This document shows, piece after piece, positions 17,880 to 27,102 of a DNA stretch of 64,000 nucleotides. Source of the stretch: Verrucomicrobiota bacterium (GTDB lineage Bacteria > Verrucomicrobiota > Kiritimatiellia > RFP12 > UBA1067); NCBI GenBank assembly GCA_023269675.1, contig JAHFSX010000002.1:351319-415318 (forward strand), given 5' to 3'. Within the stretch, counting starts at the first letter, position 1. Each line of letters begins with the position of its first letter. A model generated the notes under the pieces. That model saw only the letters and a program-made list of their open reading frames with translations. It was not told where the DNA came from and did not search any database. The position numbers were made by a program, and so were the translations under genes.

Positions 17880-20645
17880 TCACTCCGCAGCGGGCAGCAG
17901 GCGGATGCTCTCGACCGTCACCGCCGCGCCCTTCTGGTTAATCGGGTCGAAGCGCAGTTTGCTGATCCGGCCGCGCCACTGCCGCTGCTGGCCGACTTCG
18001 AACACGTAGTCGTGGAACTGATTGTCCGGCGTCACCGGCAGCCGCAGGGTGGTCGTCTCGCTGGCGGGCGTCGAGCCGACCTGCCAGAAGAGCTGGCAGG
18101 CGTCGCCGGCTTTCGCGTCCGCCACGCGCATGCGCACGGCGACCCGCGCGACCTGGCCCGCGCGCACCGAATCGAGCGACCGTTCGATCGCCGGATCGCG
18201 CGCGGCCGTCTTGAAGGTCAGCCCGCCCTCGCCGGCCTTGAGCTCCTCCACGCCCATCAGGGCGTACCAGCCTTGCGTGCCCTTGGCAAAAAGCCACTCC
18301 CGCGCATCGTCCTTCACCGGCGGCGGCAGGTCGTACGGGCCCAGGCCCACGTCCTGCGGCCCGTAGTTCAGCGGCCAGCCGTCCTTGGGCTTCTGGCAGA
18401 AGGTGTCGCGCACCGCCTCGTACATGCCGAACCCGAACTGCGCGTTCGGCTCGGCGTACGAGCCCTCGCCCCACTCGTTCAGCGGCGCGAGCGTGAGCCG
18501 CTTCACACCCGTCTCGTCCGCGAATTTTTTGGCGTCCCGGCAGATGCGCTGGAAATGCTGGACCGTGCGTCCGTAGACCTCGGTGCCCTTGTCGCCGTGC
18601 CACGGGCGGTCATCCCAGCCGGTCGAGAGGTTCGGCAGGAAGGGCAGGATGCCCGTCTCGTGCAGGCCCTTCCACTGCGCGTAGTTGGAGTCCGCCACCA
18701 GGTCGAACGGGAACCGCCGCGGATTCTCGGCCTTGCCGCCGTGGTCCATGTAGTGGTAGATCGAGGTCATGTCGAAGCCCATGTCCTTGAGCCCCTGCAC
18801 CACCTTGGGATCCCACGAGCCCTCGGGCCACTTCATCGCGACGAAATAGATGCCCTTGTAACCCGCCTCGACGGCCATCTTGCGCGAGAGCTCCAAGAGC
18901 CGCTTGCAGCCGTCGGCGCCCAGGTCGCGGTTCATGTTCTGGGGGCTCCAGAGCATCACGACCGGCTTGTCGTCGATGCGGTAATACTCCGGCGTGTTGA
19001 AATAGTTGTCGATCCAGAATTTCGCCACCTTGCGCTGGTCCTCTTCCGAATGGCTCCCCGCGGGGTTGTGGTTCGCCCACATCACGGCCCACTTGAGGTA
19101 GGACTTGTACCGCGCCTGCTGGAACGCCTTGATCCAGTGGTCGTGGTGCTGACTGCCCTGATTCCAATACCAGTCCACGAGGAAGTACGAGAGCCCGTTC
19201 TCCACCGCCCACTTGATCTGCCAATCCACCACCTCGGGCTTGGCCTCGTCGTACCAGCCCAGCACCGGCTTGCGCTCCGGCGCCACCGGCCAGATGCGGG
19301 CCCACGCCTCGACCTTCGACCAACCGGGGAAATAGAGCGCGCCGACCTCGTAATCGCTCTTCACCGGTTTGGGCACCGGCACATACGCGGCCTTCTCCAG
19401 CTTCAGGTCGGGCAGGATCTCGATCCGGGCCGTCACCGTCTGGCCCTCCAGACCGTCGCCCGTCAGCGCAAACTCCGCATCGCCCGAAATTGCCTTTTGG
19501 GCCGTCAGCTCGAGGGTGTGCGTCGCCGACCCCATCGCCGGGATCTCCGGCACGCGCTCCCAGCCCGCCGCGGAATGCACGCTCACGCCTTTGGGCAGAT
19601 GCTTCACGGCCAACGTCACGTTCTTGGCGTCCTTGCCGCCGCCGTTGCTGAACTGGATGAGAAGCGGTACGACGCGCCCCGCCCGGTTGAGCGCATCCGT
19701 CAGCCGCGCCTGCTCCACGGTCACGTCAGCCGCGCCCTGCGGTTCCTCGGCCACGCTGACCGCGCGGACCGTCGCCTGCGCGCCCTTTTTCATGACCGGT
19801 CTCAGCTGGAGCAGCACGATATTGCCTTTCCAGTCCTTCTGTCCGCCCATGTCGATGTTATAGGTGTGGAAACGCCCGTCCGCCTTGAGCCGGAACGTCC
19901 GGCGGTGCAAACCGCTCACCGCGTCCGAAGCCCACGCCAAGCTGCCCGCCTCACCCTCTTTGACCGCCATCTCGACCGTCACCACGCAGGTCTCGCCGGA
20001 AGGGATCTTCACGTTCGGGCTCAGCAGGACGCCGATCTGCGCCGGGTCTGCGGCGAACGCCAACGCCTCGCCCTGAGCTTCGGCCGTCGCGCCCTCGGCC
20101 CCGCGCCACGCCGCCAGCCCCGCGCCACGCCACGCACGCGCGTCGCTGGCCACGGCCGCCTCGTCCACGATGCGGATGGAGTCCACCTCAAAGGTGCCCT
20201 CGCCCCCGCCCGGCGGCACGAAGTCCACCCTCAGCCGCGTGATGCTCTTCTCGCCCTGCCAATAAGGCGACACGCGGTAGTCGTGCCACTGGTTATCACC
20301 GATCCAGTCGATCGCGACCGACCACTTCTGCTGCGCCTGTCCCGCGCCTGCGGGAACCCAGAAGATCTCGCCTTTGCCGCCGGTCGAGCATTTCGCGCGC
20401 AGCTCGATCACTTGACCGGCCGTGGCCTTGACCGAAAAACCGGGACTTGTCAGAAACGGGTCGCTCCCCGTCATCCGGCCTTTGAGAACGCCCTCTTCCA
20501 TGCGCACGTCTTTGCAGTGGTTCGCCTGCTTGGCCCACTCCTTGGACGCCTCGCCTGAAAAATCCCAGCCCGCGAGCACGCGCGGCTCAGCCGCAAACGC
20601 TCGCAAACCCATCGCCAGCGCCATCGCCATCGCTAACTTTCGCAT
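17880..20645 (-). CDS. Secreted large putative glycoside hydrolase / carbohydrate-active protein (TIM-barrel GH-like core with N- and C-terminal beta-sandwich domains), 922 aa
   Basis: ORF 17880..20774 trimmed to the ATG at 20643-20645 (MRKLAMAMALAMGLRAFAAEP signal peptide; SD aaggtgga 6 nt upstream). The central region YFLVDWYWNQGSQHHDHWIKAF...LKWAVMWANHNP resembles TIM-barrel glycosidase-like families. Exact family not determinable by eye. Confidence 0.45.
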   Translation of the reverse strand: MRKLAMAMALAMGLRAFAAEPRVLAGWDFSGEASKEWAKQANHCKDVRMEEGVLKGRMTGSDPFLTSPGFSVKATAGQVIELRAKCSTGGKGEIFWVPAGAGQAQQKWSVAIDWIGDNQWHDYRVSPYWQGEKSITRLRVDFVPPGGGEGTFEVDSIRIVDEAAVASDARAWRGAGLAAWRGAEGATAEAQGEALAFAADPAQIGVLLSPNVKIPSGETCVVTVEMAVKEGEAGSLAWASDAVSGLHRRTFRLKADGRFHTYNIDMGGQKDWKGNIVLLQLRPVMKKGAQATVRAVSVAEEPQGAADVTVEQARLTDALNRAGRVVPLLIQFSNGGGKDAKNVTLAVKHLPKGVSVHSAAGWERVPEIPAMGSATHTLELTAQKAISGDAEFALTGDGLEGQTVTARIEILPDLKLEKAAYVPVPKPVKSDYEVGALYFPGWSKVEAWARIWPVAPERKPVLGWYDEAKPEVVDWQIKWAVENGLSYFLVDWYWNQGSQHHDHWIKAFQQARYKSYLKWAVMWANHNPAGSHSEEDQRKVAKFWIDNYFNTPEYYRIDDKPVVMLWSPQNMNRDLGADGCKRLLELSRKMAVEAGYKGIYFVAMKWPEGSWDPKVVQGLKDMGFDMTSIYHYMDHGGKAENPRRFPFDLVADSNYAQWKGLHETGILPFLPNLSTGWDDRPWHGDKGTEVYGRTVQHFQRICRDAKKFADETGVKRLTLAPLNEWGEGSYAEPNAQFGFGMYEAVRDTFCQKPKDGWPLNYGPQDVGLGPYDLPPPVKDDAREWLFAKGTQGWYALMGVEELKAGEGGLTFKTAARDPAIERSLDSVRAGQVARVAVRMRVADAKAGDACQLFWQVGSTPASETTTLRLPVTPDNQFHDYVFEVGQQRQWRGRISKLRFDPINQKGAAVTVESIRLLPAAE

Positions 20646-20701
20646 CTTGTGTCCACCTTCGCTTGCATGACTCAACCGGAAACCGCGCGCACGCCCGAGA
20701 A

Positions 20702-20747
20702 GGGGCGTGCCACATTCGAATGTGCCCTGCGCATCCCTGCGCAGGGG
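20702..20747. repeat. REP-like palindromic element (second copy at 31317..31360)
   Basis: ggggcgtgccacattcgaatgtgccctgcgcatccctgcgcagggg contains the perfect palindrome cacattcgaatgtg and ccctgcgca/tgcgcaggg. ~85% identical to 31317-31360. Lies between the rmlC stop and the next gene start. Confidence 0.35.
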
Positions 20748-20754
20748 AGAGGGC

Positions 20755-21339
20755 TCACATCTCACGCTTGACACCGCTCCCCTGATAGACCGGCAATTGC
20801 TCTTCCGGCTGATCCTTCAGAAACGGCTGCGCCGCGTCCTTGCCGGAGAGCACCGGCTCGGACACCGGCCACGCGATGCCCAACGCGGGATCGTTCCAGC
20901 GCAACCCGCGCTCATCGCGCGGGTCATAAAATTCCGAACACTTGTAGGAGATCTCTGCGACCTCCGAAAGCACGTAGAACCCGTGCGCGAAACCGCCGGG
21001 GATGAAAAGCTGGTGGCTGTTCACCTCGGACAGCACCGCGCCGGCCCATCGTCCGAAGGTCGGCGAGCCGCGGCGGATGTCGACCGCCACGTCGTATATC
21101 TCGCCGCGGATGCAGGAGACCAGCTTGGCCTGCGGCTTGTGCAACTGATAGTGCAGCCCGCGCAGAACCCCTTTGCACGAGCACGAGCAGTTGTCCTGCA
21201 CGAAAACCGCGCGCACGCCGCCGTCCATGTAGCGGGCGGCGTGATAGGTCTCCATGAAGAACCCGCGCGCGTCGCGGTACACCTCGGGCACGCACAGCGT
21301 CACCCCCTCCAGCTCCGTCTGCTCAAATTTGACCGGCAT
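20755..21339 (-). CDS. rfbC: dTDP-4-dehydrorhamnose 3,5-epimerase
   Basis: 194 aa. FFMETYHAARY...RGLHYQ...KLVSCIRGEIYDVAVDIRRGSPTFGRW...FIPGGFAHGFYVLSE is canonical RmlC. Stands alone here, with no rmlABD seen in the window. Confidence 0.9.
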   Translation of the reverse strand: MPVKFEQTELEGVTLCVPEVYRDARGFFMETYHAARYMDGGVRAVFVQDNCSCSCKGVLRGLHYQLHKPQAKLVSCIRGEIYDVAVDIRRGSPTFGRWAGAVLSEVNSHQLFIPGGFAHGFYVLSEVAEISYKCSEFYDPRDERGLRWNDPALGIAWPVSEPVLSGKDAAQPFLKDQPEEQLPVYQGSGVKREM

Positions 21340-21451
21340 GAAATCCTTTCCCCGGACCGCGCGGCGGCACGGCGCGCGCGCCCTACCTGCCTGCTCACAG
21401 ATCTTCCGCGCGGCAGGGCGAGCGCGCCCGCGCCGCCGATCGGCCTCCGTC

Positions 21452-23104
<1,653 letters not shown>

Positions 23105-23136
23105 TCAAATCACCGCCGAACCCTCTGCGCGTGCGC

Positions 23137-25818
23137 TCAGCCCGCGGCGCTGAAGGTCGCGTGCAGCTTCTCCAGACGGGCGACCGTTTCAGTCAGCTCT
23201 TTCTGCTTGGCGCGCTGCTGCTCGATCACCACCGGCGGGGCCTTGGCCACGAAGCCCTCGTTGCCGAGCTTGGCCTCGACGCCTTTGAGGAAGCCGAGCG
23301 CCTTGTCCAGTTCGCCTTTGACGCGCGCGGCCTCGGCTTTCGCGTCCACCAGCCCTTCGAGCGGCAGGTAGATTGTGCCCAGCTTGCAGAGCGTGCCGGG
23401 CATGGCGCGCTCGCCGCCGCCCGCGGCGATCTCGAGATTGTCCGAGCGCAGCTGCTGCTTGAGCGTCTCGCCGTCCGCCGTCAGCTTGGCCGCCCCCGCG
23501 CCGTCCACCGCCTGGACGATGTAGTGCACGAACTGCGCGGGCGAGATGTTGTATTCCGCGCGCAGCGCGCGGCCCGCCGTGATCATCTCGCGCTTGGCCT
23601 CCACGTACGCCGTCACCTCGGCGTTCAAGCCCCACGCCGCGTTCTGCGCGTCGCTGTAGGGTTTCGGCCAAGGCGCCTTCATGATGGTCTCGGCCTCTGT
23701 GGCGTAGCCCATCTGGTGCCACAGCTCCTCCGTCAGGAACGGCATGTAGGGGTGCAGCAGCTTGAGCGCCTTGGAGAACACGTCGGTCATCACCGCCAGG
23801 ATCTGGCGGCGCCGCACGTCGTCCGCGCCGTACAGGTCCTGCTTGGCGTATTCGAGGTACCAGTCGCAGAAGTTGCTCCACACGAAGTCGTAGATCGCCA
23901 GCGACCCGTCCTGCAGGCGGTACTTCTCCAGGTGCTCGGTGACCGCCCGGATCGTCTCCTCGCACTTGGACAGCATGTGCCGGTCGTCGTCGCGCAGCAG
24001 CGCCGCGTCGAGCGTCAGCTCGCCCGCCGCCAGCGCGCGCCAGTCGGCGTCCGGCAGCTTCTCCATGTGCATCTTCATGAAGCGCGCGGCGTTCCAGATC
24101 TTGGTGCCGAAGTTGCGGCCGATCTCAAACTTCTCCATGTTGACGTAGACGTCCATGCCCGTGGAGGTGATGAGCATCAGGCTGAAGCGCAGCGAGTCCG
24201 CGCTGTACTTCTCGATGATGTCGAGCGGGTCCATCGAATTGCCCAGGCTCTTGCTCATCTTGCGGCCCTTGTCGTCGCGCACCGTGCCGTGGATGTAGAC
24301 GTTGTGGAACGGCACGTCGCCCATGAACTTGCAGCCCGCCATGATCATGCGCGCCACCCAGAAGAAGATGATCTCCGGCGCGGTCGCGAGGTCGTTCGTC
24401 GGGTAGTAGAACTTCAGGTCCTCGCTCGCGTGCGGCCAGCCGAAGGTGCTGAAGGGCCACAGCCACGACGAGAACCAGGTGTCGAGCACGTCCTCGTCCT
24501 GCGTGAGCGACGCGGCGGCGCACTTCGGACACGCCGCGGGCGTGGCCCGGGCGGCCCACTCGTGGGCGCAGCCCGTGCAGGTGTAGACCGGGATGCGGTG
24601 TCCCCACCAGATCTGGCGCGAGATGCACCAGTCGCGGATGTTGTCCATCCACTCGAAATAGGTCTTCTCCCAGCGCTGCGGCGTGAAGCTGATCTGGCCC
24701 GAGCGCACCGCCTCGATCGCGGGGCCGGCCAGCGGCTTCATGCGCACGAACCACTGGAGCGAGAGGCGCGGCTCGACGACCGTGTCGCAGCGGTAGCAGT
24801 GACCCACCGCATGCTGGTGCGCGTCGACCTTGACCAGGTAGCCCTGCGCCTCCAGGTCGGCCACCACCTGCTTGCGGCAGGCGAAGCGGTCCATGCCCGC
24901 ATACGCGCCGGCCGCCTCGTTCATGGTGCCGTCGCCGTGCATGACGTTGATGACCGGCAGGTCGTGGCGCTTGGCCACCTGGAAATCGTTGGGGTCGTGC
25001 GCCGGGGTGATCTTCACCACGCCCGTCCCGAAGGCGCGGTCCACGTAGTCGTCCGCCACCACCGGGATCGCGCGGTTCATCAGCGGCAGCGTGACGGTCT
25101 TGCCGATCAGCGCCTGGTAGCGCTCGTCGGCCGGGTTCACGGCCACGGCCGTGTCGCCCAGCATGGTCTCGGGACGCGTCGTGGCCACCACGATCTCGCC
25201 GCCGCCGGGAATCGGATAGCGGATGTGCCAGAGGTTGCCGTTGGTCTCCTGATGCTCGCTCTCCTCGTCCGACAGCGCGGTGTGGCAGCGCGGGCACCAG
25301 TTCACGATGTAGTTGCCGCGGTAGATCAGACCCTCTTCGTAGAGGCGGCAGAAGACCTCGGTCACGGACTCGCTCAGGCCCGCGTCCATGGTGAAGCGCT
25401 CACGCGACCAGTCGCAGCTCGCGCCCAGCTTGCGGAGCTGCCGCACGATGGTGCCGCCGTATTCGCCGCGCCAGTCCCACACGCGCTCCAGAAACTTCTC
25501 GCGTCCCAGGTCACGGCGTGACAAGCCCTCTTTGCGCAGCGCCTTCTCCACCACGTTCTGCGTGGCGATGCCCGCGTGGTCCGTCCCCGGCAGCCAGACC
25601 ACGTTGCGTCCCTGCATCCGGCGCCAGCGCACCAGCACGTCCTGGATGGTGCTGTTCAACGCATGACCCATGTGCAGGATGCCCGTCACGTTCGGCGGCG
25701 GGATCACCACGCTGTAGGACTCGCCGCCCTGCGTGGCGTCGGCGTGGAAATGGCCCTGCTCTTCCCACCACTGGTACCATTTGTTCTCGACTAGCTGCGG
25801 ATCGTAATGCTTTTCCAT
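23137..25818 (-). CDS. valS: Valine--tRNA ligase
   Basis: Starts MEKHYDPQLVENKWYQWWEEQGHF, as E. coli ValS starts MEKTYNPQ. PPPNVTGILHMGH (HIGH) and KMSKSLGN (KMSKS) motifs, C-terminal coiled coil. ORF-track entry 23137..26211 is an upstream in-frame extension; start placed at the ATG at 25816-25818. Confidence 0.93.
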   Translation of the reverse strand: MEKHYDPQLVENKWYQWWEEQGHFHADATQGGESYSVVIPPPNVTGILHMGHALNSTIQDVLVRWRRMQGRNVVWLPGTDHAGIATQNVVEKALRKEGLSRRDLGREKFLERVWDWRGEYGGTIVRQLRKLGASCDWSRERFTMDAGLSESVTEVFCRLYEEGLIYRGNYIVNWCPRCHTALSDEESEHQETNGNLWHIRYPIPGGGEIVVATTRPETMLGDTAVAVNPADERYQALIGKTVTLPLMNRAIPVVADDYVDRAFGTGVVKITPAHDPNDFQVAKRHDLPVINVMHGDGTMNEAAGAYAGMDRFACRKQVVADLEAQGYLVKVDAHQHAVGHCYRCDTVVEPRLSLQWFVRMKPLAGPAIEAVRSGQISFTPQRWEKTYFEWMDNIRDWCISRQIWWGHRIPVYTCTGCAHEWAARATPAACPKCAAASLTQDEDVLDTWFSSWLWPFSTFGWPHASEDLKFYYPTNDLATAPEIIFFWVARMIMAGCKFMGDVPFHNVYIHGTVRDDKGRKMSKSLGNSMDPLDIIEKYSADSLRFSLMLITSTGMDVYVNMEKFEIGRNFGTKIWNAARFMKMHMEKLPDADWRALAAGELTLDAALLRDDDRHMLSKCEETIRAVTEHLEKYRLQDGSLAIYDFVWSNFCDWYLEYAKQDLYGADDVRRRQILAVMTDVFSKALKLLHPYMPFLTEELWHQMGYATEAETIMKAPWPKPYSDAQNAAWGLNAEVTAYVEAKREMITAGRALRAEYNISPAQFVHYIVQAVDGAGAAKLTADGETLKQQLRSDNLEIAAGGGERAMPGTLCKLGTIYLPLEGLVDAKAEAARVKGELDKALGFLKGVEAKLGNEGFVAKAPPVVIEQQRAKQKELTETVARLEKLHATFSAAG

Positions 25819-25876
25819 AAGAGTTACAGGTTCGACGTTGCGGGTTAGAGGTTCGGACTCGCTAAAAAGGAGGGTT

Positions 25877-25905
25877 ATTAAAGCAAAAACGGGCGCAAAT
25901 GACAA
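25877..25905 (-). promoter_or_regulatory. Sigma70-type promoter candidate for valS (TTGTCA-N17-TTTAAT)
   Basis: Minus-strand reading: ttgtca tttgcgcccgtttttgc tttaat, ~60 nt upstream of the valS ATG. No SD before the valS ATG. Confidence 0.3.
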
Positions 25906-25910
25906 AACAA

Positions 25911-26984
25911 TCACGCGCGCGGGTGAGCTTTGCCGTACTCGGCCTTGAGCCGCTCGATCGAGACGTGGGTGTAAATTTGCGTGGTGGAGAGGCTGGCGTG
26001 CCCCAGCATCTCCTGCACGCTGCGCAGGTCCGCGCCCGCGTCCAGCAGGTGCGTGGCGAAGCTGTGGCGCAGCTTGTGGGGCGTGAGCTCCGGCGGCAAG
26101 CCCGCCGCCCGCAGCCACACCTTCATCTGACGCTCCATCGAGCGGGTGGTCAACGGCCCGCCCTGCACGTTGAGGAACAGGGAGGCTGAAGCGGAAGCCG
26201 CGCCGGCCCACAACGCCTCAGACCCCGCCCGCAATGCCTGCAGCGCCTCGCAGGCCGGCCGGCCCAAGACGCAGAGCCGCTGCTTGCGGCCCTTGCCCTC
26301 CACGATCGTCGTGCCGCGTTCAAACTGGATGTCGCCCCACGTGAGCGCCGCGATCTCGCTGACGCGGCAGCCGGTGCTGTAGAGCACTTCGAAGACCGCC
26401 GTGTCGCGCAAGGCCGCGTACTGGACCGCCGGCGGAACCTGACCGTGGCGGACACGGTACGCCGCCAGCGACGCCAGGGGCGCGGCCAGCAGCGACTCGA
26501 CCTCCTTCACGCCCAGCACGGTCGGCAGGCGCCGCCCCAGACGGGGTCCGCGCAGCCCCGCGAACGGGTTGCCCGCGACGCACCCCTCGCGTTCGAGATA
26601 CCGGTAGAAAGAGCGGACCGACGAGAGCTTGCGGCGCGTGGTGGTGGGCGTCCAGCCGTTGCGGTGGAACGCAACCAGAAAGGCGCGCGCCTGCTCGCGG
26701 CGCGGCAGCCCCCAACCGAACGGGGGCCGCACCGCGGGCTCCGGCCACACGAACGCCGCGAACTGGCCGATGTCCTGCACGTAGCCGGAAACCGTGTGTT
26801 CGGAGGCGTTCCGCTCGGCGCGCAGGTAGGTCCGGAAACGCATCACGGCCGCGTCGGACGCCACGTCGCTGCGGTTGGGCAACGGCTCGGGAGGCGTGCC
26901 GCCCAGCCGCACCTCCAGCGCGTAAAAGCCGTCCTCGTCCTTGTCCATGCCGCCGCCCCTTGGCAACTTGCCGACGCGATCCAT
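25911..26984 (-). CDS. xerC: Tyrosine recombinase XerC/XerD family (start probably internal, near 26843-26950)
   Basis: RFRTYLRAERNASEHTVSGYVQDIGQFAAFVW (N-terminal SAM-like domain) and a C-terminal catalytic domain with HKLRHSFATHLLDAGADLRSVQEMLGHASLSTTQIYTHV (R...HxxR...Y). Sits next to topA/dprA, consistent with a chromosomal dimer-resolution recombinase rather than a phage integrase. Confidence 0.85.
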   Translation of the reverse strand: MDRVGKLPRGGGMDKDEDGFYALEVRLGGTPPEPLPNRSDVASDAAVMRFRTYLRAERNASEHTVSGYVQDIGQFAAFVWPEPAVRPPFGWGLPRREQARAFLVAFHRNGWTPTTTRRKLSSVRSFYRYLEREGCVAGNPFAGLRGPRLGRRLPTVLGVKEVESLLAAPLASLAAYRVRHGQVPPAVQYAALRDTAVFEVLYSTGCRVSEIAALTWGDIQFERGTTIVEGKGRKQRLCVLGRPACEALQALRAGSEALWAGAASASASLFLNVQGGPLTTRSMERQMKVWLRAAGLPPELTPHKLRHSFATHLLDAGADLRSVQEMLGHASLSTTQIYTHVSIERLKAEYGKAHPRA

Positions 26985-27102
26985 CGAAAGTTAAACCTGA
27001 TTTTCACCACCGAGACACAAAGAGCACCCCGTTCACTGAGCCCAAACTGGGTGTCCTTTGTGTCCTTGGTGCCTTGGTGGTAAAGTATCCCGCTGGCTCC
27101 GG

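Noticed and set aside
23137-26211. ORF-track N-terminal extensions (valS to 26211; also lepB to 54111, rpe to 56686, rlmI to 34668, the HK to 49130, and others)
   Set aside because: The ORF track evidently opens ORFs at TTG/GTG/CTG as well as ATG. The extensions are Arg/Pro-rich, lack SDs, and homologous proteins start at the internal ATGs used here (e.g. MEKHYDPQ for ValS).
25911-26984. XerC-like recombinase as evidence of an integrated mobile element or prophage
   Set aside because: Sequence has the full XerC/XerD-type N-terminal domain and sits in a conserved housekeeping block (valS, topA, dprA). No phage or IS genes, att-like duplications or tRNA are adjacent.
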